From NCBI RefSeq assembly GCF_037042905.1, contig NC_087251.1:24616001-24680000 (forward strand): a stretch of 64,000 bases of DNA, in the 5' to 3' direction. The position numbers and the translations under genes were made by a program. This stretch comes from Lytechinus pictus. Taxonomy: Eukaryota. Numbering within the stretch: the stretch's first letter is position 1; each line of letters begins with the position of its first letter. This document shows positions 27,701 through 41,770 of the stretch, in pieces. Under the pieces are notes generated by a model, which ran no database searches, was not told where the DNA came from, and saw only the letters and a list, made by a program, of their open reading frames with translations.

Positions 27701-30084
27701 TATCCACAGCATGTAAACAAGCATTTGCCAGTGGATTTCAATCAACCATGACTCACTTTTCTGTAGCATTAAATGGCTCCAAACTCTACATCGGAACATG
27801 TATGCATTTCATATGTTTCCAAGCTAATTCATATTTACCCAAGAGTCAATGTTTATCCCTTGGTCTTTACACAATGTATTCAGATTAATAATATCATCTG
27901 GAGTAGATGAAGAAAGAGTACAACCAATTTCATGCCCGAGATCAAACAACAGTGGGTAAAAATAAATATTTCACTATATTACATGCCTCAGTTTATGACG
28001 CATTGTCCTGAGTCATATAAATTGTTGTAAGAGGTGTGACTGTGTGAGTATTCTCCATAGTGCTTACACAATGATTTCAAAGTACAACATTTATCAGCAG
28101 TAGATATGGAAATACTGAAATCAAATTGTTGTAAATTAGTGTAAACATGCCTCCGCACGGGAACATACGTTTCACATTATCATAATGATATTTTGAACGG
28201 AATATAAGTTTCAATTTTCATTTTCTGATTCATTAGTGAAACATATCCAATGTTAAACTTTTTTAACAAAAAGATGAAAGAGAGAAAAGAAATGTTCAAT
28301 TTTAGATGCAACCATTTTGTGCAATTGAATGGTCACAATAATTAAACTTCCTTGTAAAAAAAATTCAAGAAAAGAGATGGAGTAATAATTGTAAATTTTC
28401 TGATCAGAGCATAACAAATCTTGAATCTTGACCTGCATTACACGTATACTGGTAAACACTCTAGAGAAAGTGAATTATTATCAAAGATTTATGAAATTTA
28501 GATGAATAATTTCACTATCGTATCATGGATGCTGTAATAGCGTAATATTCTAATTTCATGGGCAATTTAATACAAGTCTGGATTCAACATCTCTCACCTG
28601 GTGTGTAATATGAACTACATGCAGCTGTAAAGGTGTTAGGAAAGTACAAGTCACCTTGCTATCATATTAATGAGATAGACCAAGGTCAATTCTGTTTTTG
28701 GTTACAGCAAGGTTACAGGCTCTTTAGGAATCCTATATAATGTCAACACATTATGTAGGTAACCCAACACTGTTACAGGGTTGGATTCTCATTCTCTCAT
28801 GCATAATTTAATTTTCTTCTTTTTTAGGCTCACCAACTTTAAATGAATGAAAGTGATTCGTCTTCATCGATTCATTGGGACAACTGTCAAATCAGTCTGT
28901 ATCAACCATAAATAATGCAGTTGATTATAAATGCATAGTCCTCTTTGATGAAAAACTAAATATAGTAGAAAATATGATTAAAAATTTTTAAGATGAAACT
29001 GCAAAAAAGTGAACGGCAATAATTTTCAATGCAGTTTACTACTAAAATCCCAGATTGGTGTGTAAAGAGTAAGACTATAAAACTTATAATTAAAGAAAAA
29101 TACAAGATTTCTGCTCATATCAGTGCTGCATTTCACATCGAACAGGAGATGCTATGGTACTCAACTCAGATAGAAATAACCCACTGAAACAAATTCATTT
29201 CAGACCCTATCTCAAGTGGGCTCAGTAGGTTTTATTCATGGCAATAAGAAATGGGTGAGAAAGCACGACAGACATCTTTCTGAATATGGAATGATGGAAC
29301 AAGCTCATCAGCGGATGCAATAAAAAAAATGGTAGTTGTTTGACAGCACGGCAAAACCCTTCCCATTTTGTAATTAGCATGCCAGCAGATATAAACATAT
29401 CATAATGCAGTCATGCACAGCTAGCTGAAGGATACATTTCATCAGACATGCATGGCCACAAACAATCATCTGAATCTAACATTCTCTGTCTAGTATCTAT
29501 CCCGACAATGTTTTAATGGAAGATATATTCAAGATATCGTCTGTCTAGACAGTGTGTGGGTTGACACTCCTGCTTACCATAAACTCCTCTCTCAAGTATA
29601 TCAATTCTTGATCTGTTTTCCAAAGTGAAAAACATTTTCAATGGCTCCTTGTTTTTGCCTCGTCTTTTGCCACACAAACAGATAAAATCTAAATTAGGTT
29701 TTTCCTAGATGAATAGACTTGTTAACAGACACAAATAATGTAATTATAATATTTCAGTACATGTAGGTTCAACTAAATTGAAATGAACATGTATGGAGTT
29801 TTGTATTGTGTGAAAGAGTTGGGAATACTGACTGTAAATGCTGATGTGCATATACATAATGCTGAGACTTTCTTTTTCTTCACACTATCCTCATACAAGT
29901 TCTACAAAAACTTCAGACAGCAACAAACAAAAGATGATTCTGGTGAAATCAAGAAAAATTATATCAAAAGGGTACTTGTCTTTGGAGTGAAGAAAATTTG
30001 TAATAATGTACTGTACAGGCAGAAAATAAAAGGGAAACTTCTCAAGTGAAAATTTTGAAAACAATAATTTTGTTCTCAAGTTAT

Positions 30085-30306
30085 TTTTATTAGAAAGTCA
30101 AATGGGGCCTAAGCTTTCGATCCTAGCAGAATCTTCGTCGGAGGCAAAATGACAAACATATAAAGTGGAACAACCATAATATAGACCACAGACAAGCTAC
30201 AGCAACACTAGAAACAAGGAGACAAAAGGGGCATTAGTGAGTAGAGAAGACCAATCAGGTTAGTGAAGGGGATGAAAGAAAAGGAGTAGGCAGACACAAA
30301 GGGAAG
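30085..30306 (-). mobile_element. Penelope-like element pLTR fragment
   Basis: Pyrimidine-rich tract followed by a minimal hammerhead motif and AATAAA, the layout typical of PLE termini. Confidence 0.55.
30107..30145 (-). ncRNA. Minimal type-I hammerhead ribozyme motif (U4C core variant)
   Basis: Minus strand reads GCCT-CCGACGA-A-GATTCT-GCT-AGGATC-GAA-AGCT-T-AGGC: stem I GCCU/AGGC, stem II 6 bp, palindromic stem III AGCU. Confidence 0.65.
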
Positions 30307-32196
30307 TTAGTGTAAGTTATTTTTATATGAATAAGGTAAAAACTTCAGAAGGTACACTACAAATGACTGCAATTTTTTAGAAACTCTTAAGTAACATTCA
30401 AAATATACATGTAACAAATAAAGGTTTGCCCAATTCACACAGATATACAGTTTATTTTCCTCATCATTTTGGTAATACAAAATCACCCAGTAATTCATGA
30501 ATGCATTACAACAAACATTTTACAATAACCCTTCTCAGGGAGCAAGCATTTCATGAAACAAATACAGTAGTGACTGATTTTCACTTACAACTCTTATAAG
30601 CTACTAAATTCATTTCATTTTTGCTGAGAGCAAATTAGTTGGTGAAAATCATTTACACCCTTGTACAATATTCTTCTTGAAATGCTTCCCAGAATATAGG
30701 TCCATGTTAATCTTTACATATGTAGGCAGTCATGGCAGTCAAGTGGTCTACATCCCCAAGTGTATTCAGTCTTCTTCTTGTCTGAATTCATTTGCCATTT
30801 CCCTTCAAATTTATTGCTACTTTATGTAAAGGCACCACACTTAAAACCAAGAAGCATGGAGAATTTGGCGCACAAATCAATGACAGAAACATTCTGGCCT
30901 ATCTTCAATTTCTATCAATTTAGCATGCACCATAGAAACATCCTCAAAACAGGTACGATTGTCTCTGCTTACATCCAGGAACTCAAGTTCGACTCTAATA
31001 AAGTGAGAGCGATGTGTATGGAATATAATTCATTTGTCCCCAGGCTTGCCAACATGCATTTTCACATTAGTTTTGCACCAAGTACATTTTAGACAGTATC
31101 TACAAAGTATATCTGATGTACCATGCATGATATCTGTAACATATAGGAGTCTACTCACTGCACAAGTGATTCATGCATGTCTAAAATGTAAATGTATCAT
31201 AATTCAGATGGTCAAGTAAGAAACGCCCACTAAAATATTGATTATTAATTAATTGACACAAATATTAAATCATCAAATAAAAAATCACTTCTTAAACAAA
31301 TAAAATGTGACTTTTTATGTTAGTGAAAAATCATGCTTTAAGCGCATACTTATTGATGAAATTTCTTAGTTTTTTTTCATGATTGTAATCAACATGAATA
31401 TCTAAATTTCTCTCATAGGATGTGATCTTCCCAGTTGTTTATGTCTGATAAAGCAACATTAAACTTTTTTTCTGACTGACTCATTCTGGATAATGATATG
31501 AGTACTGAGGTTACATGAGGATGAAAAACAAGTTCATGTGTAGATTATGGACACCCACTCGCAATAACAGCGATTTCACAACAGTAGTTTCTTGAATTCA
31601 TTATACTGTTTATTATCCTCTCTTTATAAACTTATGTTCTTCTCCCCACTGATCCGTCCCAATCAGCAACATATAATAAAACCATGTGTAATGTGTAATT
31701 ATCTAATGCTACTGCTACTGCCACATGATTCATTTGACCTTAAACAAATTCACAGATCTCATCAATAATTAATCATCTGACTGTCATAGCGAATGCCGTG
31801 TCCATAGCAATGTGTCTATGCATTTGCCAAATTGGCTTTCACACTTTCTAGTGTTATTTGCAACTCTACAAGTCCTGTAAATCAAAGGGGGGTATTCAGG
31901 TCTTTCATGTTGCTTTGATAGGTTAAGCCAACTCACAACCAGCCCATATGATTCATTTAAAAGACTGTATTATAGACTTCCCTATCTGCCTTCTGCAGCA
32001 TTTTACTTATTGCCTACATCTCCAATGATAGAACAGTTTCTAAAAATTGATTGCTTAAACTTTTTACATGACTGATTTATATTATTGAAGAACTTGAGGT
32101 TCATGGTCTTATCAGTTCTAGTAGGATCCACGGTCTTGTAGAGTTTTACATAGAGAAATTGTCTTCAAAGTTCTCAATTGCTATCATGTATTTTTT

Positions 32197-32477
32197 AATA
32201 ATAATAATAAGATGCAAAAATGATGCAACATTATATAGCATTTAATACCAATTTAAGCGCTGTATACTATTACCCTGGCTTTAGTACAGCTACCCTGATC
32301 GGATGCTCAAGCATTCAAGGAATTCCTTCCTACTGGGTACCCATTTACTACACCAGGGTGCAGAGAAGCAAATGTAGATACACGCCGTGCCAAAGGTCGC
32401 AAGTGCTGCCGTGGGATATGAACCTCGAACCTTGTGATTCAAAGTACGGAGACTTATCCACTGACCCTCAACACCTC
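32197..32477 (-). mobile_element. Degenerate tRNA-derived SINE related to 41493-41770
   Basis: tRNA-like head, AAATGGGTACCC core, AAAGCCAGGGTAATAG 3' part and (TAT)n tail. Confidence 0.75.
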
Positions 32478-34861
32478 TACATCTCTTCATCTTAATCTCA
32501 TGATATCACATGTATAATTGCATTCCTAAAGCCAAATGTTTTATTAAAGAGAACGCTGATTAATGAAGAAGTAGAATAACGCATACCATGGTGCATTGGA
32601 AAAGAATGGAAAGAGTTTGTAAAATAAAGAGAAAGTCCGACCAACATATAACTGAGAAACAGAGAAGATAAGAAAGATACGAGGGAGGGGTGAAGTAGAC
32701 AGGGTTGAAACAAAGGGGAGGGGCTAGAAGATCCCAGACTGATGCGATCAATACTTGTTATACCCTGGTCCTCCCGTCCCTCATGGATGATTGGTGTAAT
32801 TTCCAGCCTCAATCTCTTCTCTACCTTGGCCTACTCACACTCAGGGTCAAGGATAAGACATCATAGTGATCAGACAAGTCTTCAAATAGTTTAAGAGGAT
32901 TTCGCTCTTCTCAAAATCTTGGTGGAATTGTATCGTTTAAATTGCAAAGCAACTTCGTTTACCACCTTCATGAATATTTACTGTGGGGCATTGAAAGCAT
33001 CCTTAGGATGCGTGAATAGCTCTCTGAAATAGTAATTGAAACAAAAGTTTAACTTAGGATTGATACCCAATTCACTGATGTGGAAAATGTGGGAATGAAC
33101 TATGAAAAAGAATGGGGGCATTCCACTGAAATTGCAATGAACTAAACATCTAATTTGATTTACATGTAAAGTAAAAGGGGGGGAGCTAGGATAATGTTTG
33201 ACTTTCTGCTCCTGCATATATCTCAAACAGCACATAAAATTTAACATAAGATGATGTACAATACATGTATCCATTCCTTTCCTTTGATCCCCAAACATCT
33301 GTCAGTTAAGACCATTTTTTTTCTACTTGGTAAAATTTCGGTAAAAAGGGATGGTGGATGAGGGAAAGTCTGACTAGAATAGAATTTGCTCATGGATCAT
33401 TCGCATGCATTCTCCAAATATTAAATGAAGTTGAAATGAATTTTACAATGCTCTATGTATTCCTTTGAGCCCCGACCATCTGTCAGTTCAGACTCTTCAG
33501 ACCAGTGTTTCACATATCTTACTTTTGTCCAAGCTTGATTGTCACATCTCCATGACATATTCAAATTTATTTAAATTTAAATATTGCTTGAGAAAAAAAA
33601 ATGGTCTCGACTCTTCTTCAGCATTTTCACCAAAAAGCTTATATTCAGCAACATGTATTACTGTTCAAACATGTTAAGTTTTTGCTAACACCATATTGTT
33701 TATAATTTCATATTGCTAAATTAAACTTTACAAAAAACAAACAAATCAAGTTTTAAAAAATATGGAAAATCACTGGAGCTTAGCATCTTGTTCATTTGAT
33801 TCCTTTGTTTTTAAACTCAATTATAAAATGTTCAAACAATGCACAGGTGTAACATAACTCCCCAACAAGAAATATAAAAAAGGTTGAAAGAGATACAAGA
33901 AACAAGAAAGAAAAAAATCTGATCTACAGGAGGGAGAAAGTACAGCTCAAAAAGCTAATCAAATATCACTTAAAAATAGAGCAATTAGCTGAATGCAATA
34001 AAAGAAGCATTCCAGCAGTCTGCTTTGTTGAGAAGGCATCGCCTTAGAATTCATCATCTTCTTCGTCTTAAGGATGACTCAGACATGTAAGCCACCTTGA
34101 GCGTAGGCCGCACCCTGACCGACTGAGATGCTACGTCAGCATCCTAAAAGCACTGAGATGAGATGCATCCATCCCTCCCTCCATCTCTCTCACACACGTA
34201 CAGAGATGGAGGCTTGCTCGGGCCCTCCAGGCTGGGGGCCCCTGCCTCCAAATGCTCACGAGCCTTTGCCGAACGCTATAAGCCACCACCTGCCTGAGAC
34301 GAGGAGAACGACAAAAATGCATGCATCTTCCTCCAATAGGCAGGATGGAGACGGGGGGGCAGGCTCAGCTTTGGGAGCTAATGCAGGCACTGATATTCAT
34401 GCACTCGTGATGGAGTAGCTTGTTTACGCACGCACCATGCTTGGTGCATGCTGCTGCTACGACAGTGTGTTATCAGCGATGCCCTACTCATCCCGACAAG
34501 CATTACCTGATCTGAAGGCTGGCTACGAGATGGGTACCAAGATTGAAATAAAAGGGAATGGTCTTATATTGCTCTCCATGGGTGGTGTTTCTTCCTAGAC
34601 TATCAATGAGTTCATTGGCTTTATGTCTTCACAGATGTAGGTCATGTCATATGTAATCTCAGAAGTTAAGCAATCACACAAATCAATTTCTTTCACACCT
34701 GACCTTAACTGTAAATCAATATAATTGCCCAATATGGGTTTACATGTAACACCTCTGCATACAGTCTAGGTTATACTTATATACGAATTTGTGACTCAAT
34801 GTGGATCAAAAGGGAAGTCATTTGACAGCAATTGGTAAGAGAATGATCAGTGTGTCCTTAA

Positions 34862-35420
34862 AGGGGATTGAAACCTTTGGAACATGTGGACTTGTGTGGA
34901 AACAGAAAAATCAAAGAAAAGAACAAAGAAAATTTGAGAAAAATTCAACAAATAATGAGAAAAGTTATGAGCATTTGAATATTGCCATCACTAATGCTAG
35001 GGAGATCCTTCCATCGGCAATGCGACAAAGATGTGTGATGTCACATGTGAACAACTTTCCCTTTGGTGGACTAAAAAATACCCCCAAAATGTCTCTTTTT
35101 GCTTTCTTATGGTGATACAAACTCTTTATCCATATTGTATTCTTTGAAAATTTGTATTACATGCCCTCCTATAGAAAGAATACATGATCTTCTAGATAGA
35201 TGTGATAAAAGAGGCAGTTTAAGTGAAATATATATACAAAAGTACTGGGAGAGTTGTTCACAAGTGACATCACACATCTTTGTTGCATTGCCAATAGGAG
35301 GATTAGTGATCGCAATATTAAAATGCTCACAACTTTCTCATTATTTGTCCATTTTTTAATACTTTCCTTGATTTGTTGCAAGCTGTTTGATCTGTTTCTT
35401 TGATTTTGAAAAAATATATA
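34862..35420. mobile_element. TTAA-start palindromic element (Kolobok-like), right end lost
   Basis: TTAA|AGGGG start; internal inverted arms GATGTGTGATGTCACATGTGAACAACT / AGTTGTTCACAAGTGACATCACACATC. Confidence 0.6.
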
Positions 35421-35425
35421 CACAC

Positions 35426-37431
35426 TAGGCCCGTTTCGGGTACACGTGTACACGCCCGGTCAAGTCAGTGCACGTGTACTGAATTCCATGACCGTGTACA
35501 TGGTAGCATCTGTATAAAACTTGCGTGGGAGTTGTAAACAAGTGAACAATTATTAAATTGAACACAATTCTATTATCATGCGCACAGCCTCACATTAATT
35601 CTAAGTTCTCAGACGCTGCACAAGTTTTAATCACTAAAATTTGACTTTCATACCCACCCTTGAAGTTCTGTATTTGCGCAAGAAGCCATGGCGCTCATTC
35701 ACATTTTTTATGAATGAAATCTGTCTTGGGCCGGCCTGGGGCGCGGGCAGCGTTCACGAAGTTTACATACGAAGCAGTGACGTTATGATTGATAAAACTA
35801 GCTATGAGCTTTTTGCCGCACCTTCATAACTACTACCACTTAATTTCTATTTCCCCAAAATGAAAGTTTATTTTGATCCTAATTCGAGTCTCACTCGTCT
35901 GTTCGTGTTGAGATAATTTATGCACGATGAATTCATGAATGGAATTTATCGATCGCGCATGCACATTGTGCTTTAATCAAACCAGATCGAAATTGATCTG
36001 AAAGGAAAATCATGACGCGATCAACGTAAAATAAATCTTGCTTTCATTAACAATATTTCTTATTACGACCATAGAACATTATTTAATCGTAATATTTTAA
36101 CAATAATTTGCAAATGATAATCATTAATATGAATTCAGAGCTTGATGTTATTCAATTCAGTTCAATTTGTATTTCGTTTCCATTTTTAATGACGGACATC
36201 ACAAATTCCGTTACGAGTGATGGTGCACTTGTCTAAAAAAAAACTATACCATGTCAGGATTGACTTTGAAACATCGTCGTTGCAGAAATTCTTCTCACGA
36301 TCGTAATATCACCATAGAATACAATTTTACATGACAAAGCAGAGAAAATTAGGTTTGATATTTATTCCCATCAATTTGAAGCTTGTTTGTGCCCAATTCC
36401 GCATTAGAATTTATGAATGGAAAATTATGTCATCAATCGCGCATGCGCAATGTGCCTCTTTATCTCGGAGATGTCTGGAGTACTTCCATAATTCCAACAT
36501 AACATTTTTGCTGACATTACCAATATTTTTTGTATGGCCATAGAATTTTATTAAATCGCAATAATTTAACAATAATTTAAATCCATTAATCGTTCATGAG
36601 ACATTCGTATATATTTCGGTCAAGTCAGTGCTCTGCAATTATCCTGAGTCTAAAAATGGATTATCAAAAATATCATAATCAGAATTAATTCTCGAACATC
36701 GTCATAACTCATATTCCACAAACTTTTCTTACAATCGCTATATCAGCATAGAATACCAATTCAAATGACCATCCAGAGAAAATTACGTATATTTATTCCC
36801 ATCAATTTGGAGCTCATTTTGGATCCAACTACATCTCGGCCAAGTTGGTCTCCGCTAAGCGCACTTGTTGGGCGGCAAGCACGCCTGTCGTTTTGGGCGG
36901 GAGAGTGAGTGTAGAATAGGGGCTGTAGTGTGTGTGTGCGAGTCTGGACTGTGACTGTGAGTTGACCGAGAATAGTTCGGATCGACTTGATTTTGCCTTC
37001 CATATTATCTTATTTCAAACGTAAGGCCTTTATGTTGTCATCTGCAAATATTGTTTTAGATATTTTGGGAAAAATTCTGCTTGGATCCCTTTTTTTTTTA
37101 GTTGTTCTTTAATTTGTGATAATTGAAAATACAGACGATCTTTATTGTTCTGCATCCGGCCGCTTGTGCAACGCTTAACCCGGCCCTCAGCGCATTTCAG
37201 CGCGGTCATGACGGAGCAAAAAAAATTGACTTGATTTTCCCGCCTTCAAATTTCGATGCATCGATGTTCGATCAAATTAAAGCTGGTTACAAAATAATCG
37301 ATATGGCTTAGGCCTAATGCAAGTTATCATAATTATGTAACATAACTGGCTCTCAGTGTTTACAATGTGTACATGACCAAAAAACAGGCCGTGTACACGT
37401 GCATCAAAAATGGACTTTCAAAACGGGCCTA
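35426..37431. mobile_element. 2-kb non-autonomous TIR element
   Basis: TIRs TAGGCCCGTTT / AAACGGGCCTA, subterminal CACGTGTACACG repeats at both ends, ATATACAC-like flanks. Confidence 0.7.
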
Positions 37432-40400
37432 ATATACACATATCGACATAATACATTTTGAAATGTGGGACTTACATGTACATGTAACACTTTTAATTGC
37501 TTATTTAGAGAAAATATATGAAAACGTGCAGAAAAGATTTTGCATAAGGTTTCCCCGACAGAGCATCCCGTGGTTCCAATTCTAAGAAAGGGCATGGCAT
37601 AGACGTGATGATTAGAATAGTACTGTCTGAGATCGTTTGCTGTATTGTCAGCGTTTGGCACATTGACTATCATTGGGGCTAAGTAGGCTACTGTCAAATA
37701 CCAATCATTATGAACCATTTATTACTCTTCAGCTTGGATGTGATAACAAGAATAATTTAGAAAGAATACATGAATAATCATCAAATCCCAGATGCTTATA
37801 AATGTCAGTGAATTTGAAAACCACCTTGATTTTATATCTCGAATGGCATTTCACTGCTCATGCAGTTAGTATGTTCTGCAAAAAGGATTTTTCAATCGGT
37901 AGGCCTAATTCAAATTCAAAACAGATAACAGCCTTACAATATACATGTATGTAGGCCCTACCTAAATGTATATATTCAAAACTGTTTTCACTTACATGAG
38001 GCTTCATATTTATTAATAGCAATGATTCTACTCTGATGTCAATAAATGAAAACATAATTACTTTTCAAGTCTGTCAAGATGGCTCGAGTCACCTAATTTT
38101 CATGACAGACAGTGTTAACAAGAGAAATCAATGATTCCCATCTGTACTCGGAGGTTGTTTACATAACTCATTAATTAGTACACTCTTGTTTCTACAGAGT
38201 CAAATTTGACTCAGAATGTGTCAGTCATCAGTTGACTCTATTAAAAAATTGAATTGGCTTAGATTTTCAACTTGTTTGGCTCAGAAATGCTCCTGATCCA
38301 ACTCAAGATCAACTCGATCTGAGTAAGAGATGGTTTTAGTTGTGTTTTGATTGCCAAATTTTATTTATCTGTAATAGCCCCAGATCAACAAGGGGAAGAT
38401 AGAGAGAGAGAGACAAGGCGAAAAAATAATTGAAGAGAATCAAAAGAATGATATACTGGAAGAATATACTGCACATTAGTTTGTTTCAGGTGAAGGGTAG
38501 TGATGTAGGGTTGGAGTTGGTTGATGGGGCCAGGAAGACTTGTTTCTCCTCTTTATATTACAAATTAAGAATTTGGAATAAGCCCACTAAAAAAAGTAAA
38601 TATACGATTACAAATATTTGTAAATTCGAATAGGAGGTACTTTTCGAAATCAATTTTTAAAAAGTGGCATATAGGAAAGAGGAAAGGAAGGTCGAATAAA
38701 AAGGGATTGAATCTCATGATATAAAAGGAGAAAATATACATGTGCATTTCATGATACAAAATGTGAAAATATACATTTCATGACACAAACATTTCATATA
38801 AATTTTGGAAAAAATATAAATTTCAATTTTTCTTTGTAACAGATATCAAAAGATGGAGACTAGGCAGTGAAAGCAGACAGCTAGAGCAGACAGGATAATG
38901 AAACTTTACCCCAGCTTCCATGACAAATACAGACACCAAATATATGTAATTAGTGGGAATTATTGTACATGTTTGTCTTCGGCACGCAATATAGATATCT
39001 TCGCACGCATGCACACACAAACCTCGTATGATAGAAAGGAAATTGTGTTCAACTACTCACTGCAATACATGCATTCATACAAACATGTAAGTATAATTTA
39101 TAGTATTTATACTACATGTATGGGGATCCATTATATTTTCTTCTTCATTTTGGTTTGCAAGAGAATAGAAAGATATTTTACTTAATGTTATTAAAGCTTG
39201 ATAAAAAAAAATATTCAGAAGATGCTGAGTGATACTGATAGTAAGTACCGGTACTAAGTTTTTATAATAAGATTGCAACCGTGCCAGAAGCTATTGTACA
39301 TATACAAGTATGTATTTGTAGTAAACATCATTGTAATAAAATAATTTTGTGGAGTGCAGTGCAGAATTGTTCCACAATAATTTGTGTATTTAATTTGTTT
39401 CTGATATTGATCACAACAACAGAGAGATTATAGAGAAAGTGATGGGGATTCAGTCTAGTAATTATAAATTGTTGGTGCATGATGGATGACTCATATAATT
39501 AGGGTAGTTACAAAAAATACAATCAAAAGCCTCACGTATGGCCCTGATGAAAACACCCAAAGACAAAGAGAATATTAAATAAATTAACAGTATACAAGTT
39601 CATGGAATATGTAGGCCTTCACTCTAAAAAATATTGGGCATTTTTTCGGGCATATTTATTTATCCAGTGTGATGACAATTTTGCCCATTCTAAAGTAATT
39701 GCTGCTTATTTTTCAACCTTACTGGACAATATGCTTCCCGCATTGGGTAAAATACTGCCCCAAATTGGTTGGACACATAATTAACCTTGTGGTGGTAAAA
39801 TTTTTATTTTTTTCACAGTGTACAAGATGCTTCCTGCCACTAACTTTCAATAAATATTTACTATTCAACTCCAGGTGGAATGAAGATGAGGTTTTTCTGG
39901 CTCACCGTTGGGCAACGTGAATGCTCTCATAGTGAAATCAATAAATAATTAATTAGATTGTTCATCCGAGACCTCCAAAATAAATGTCAGAAAGCCAAGC
40001 CTGTGGGTTTGTTCAAGCTCAAACAAAGATTGCTTTATGGGAGACGTGATGCAAATGGATTGTTTTGCTTTCAAACGAAAAAAAAATCACTTCTATTCAA
40101 ATTAATATCCCTTTCATCTAAAGCACAAAAGAGTACTTCATATAGGCCTACATTTATTTCTACAATCAGAAATATTCAGTCTTTCTCTTTTCAGTCCTAA
40201 ATTTATTAAAATTTCTTCTATTTTGTGATTATATCATCTTCTCTTTTTCATTTTGTTCAAAACTCTTCTAGACCACAAATTCCTTTGTAATCAATACAGT
40301 TAATGCCATCAGAAATAATAAACTGACAATTTACACCAAAGAGAAATTAAAAAAACTCCAAAAGGAGCAATTTTCTCTGAACTTTTTACTATTCCCATGT

Positions 40401-41492
40401 TGTAGAGCTCTAAATGCAAGGAATTTTAGGAACCAAACATTAACAAATTAAAATGATTTGTTTGCTTTCTTCAAGCCTGGATGTACAATCAATTTTATTT
40501 TAATACTAATATCTCATCATAGAGCGCGCAATAGGCCTACACATGCTATTTTCAAAACATCAAATTTTCAACAGTCTTTGGACTCTTTGACAATCTGATA
40601 TCTTGCTTAAAGACTCTACTACTTTGGTATTAAATGGGTATACTTGAGTATCATTGATCATTACAATATTACAAACACGTACAGTAGTAGGCATTCATTG
40701 AATGCATTATTTACCCATTAGAATTTAAATATGGCATTTTTCCAAGTGTTACAATTTCAATTTAAATCTAATGGTGATGTTTTTATCTTTATTCAAAATA
40801 GCCATTTGAGCACTTGCTTTTACATATTTAGTAATTCGATATAAGAAAGCTCCTGGCAAAGATTATGTCCTAAAACTTTCAGCCTATTTCATGCTTGAGG
40901 TGTCTTATACAGACAAGACAAAACTATGCAGATATTCTATTTTGATGGGCACCCAATCAAATTAAATTCTGAGGTAAAGTCAGTAAATTTATCCAACAAA
41001 ACACATTTCTAGTTTATATCCTTAACATCACAAAATAGTAAGCCTATCTTTTTTTACCCCTTTTTCTTCTTTCTTTCTTTTTCTCCCTCATTCTTTAGTC
41101 ATGATTTTTTTTTTCTTTTTTGAGGGGGGGTCCATGGCACTCTAACCCCCCCCCCTAATCAGTCTACCATGCAGTGACATCAGGCAAAAAATAATTTTTC
41201 ATTTTCGGGGGCTACTTTTCACAACCTACTGCCTAAATCTAAAAGATTGGCAGTGAATAGGGATTTTCCAGGGCTGTTTTAAATTTTTTTTTGATAGCTC
41301 GTTTAGCATTTCGGGGGCAAAGTCATCCCGAACATATCAAACCCCGTGTAGGGTCTATTTTTTTCCATTGGACATAATCACAAAGAATAATTTTTCACAA
41401 CCAAGGCCTATGAAAGCCTAGACAGCTGGCAGCCGTCTGTTTCGAGGAGTTTTTTAACATTTTAAATTTGTTTTATTTCCCCTCGTACACAG

Positions 41493-41770
41493 ATAATAAT
41501 AATAATAATAGTTGGATTTATAAAGCGCTTTTTGCCAGAGGATACAAAGCGCTGCTATTATTACCCCGGCTTTAGCTCGAGCTACCATCACCGGCGCTCA
41601 GTGCATGCAAGGAATTACTCCTGCCGGGTACCCATTCACCTCACCTGGGTCGAGTGCAGCACAGTGTGGATAAATTTCTTGCTGAAGGAAAATACGCCAT
41701 GGCTACGATTCGAACACACGACCCTCTGTTTCAAAGGCGAGAGTCAGAACCACTAGACCACGACGCACCC
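41493..41770 (-). mobile_element. tRNA-derived SINE
   Basis: A box (GTGGTCTAGTGG), B box (GTTCGAATC), central CCCAGGTG..AATGGGTACC core, 3' stem-loop AGCGCTTT..AAAGCGCT and (TAT)n tail. Confidence 0.85.

Noticed and set aside
33603..33625. Other CTGANGA hammerhead-like cores (also about 39544 and 16965)
   Set aside because: They lack a paired stem II followed by GAAA and a stem I.
41695..41770. tRNA gene
   Set aside because: It is the head of a SINE with core and tail; the acceptor stem is not intact.
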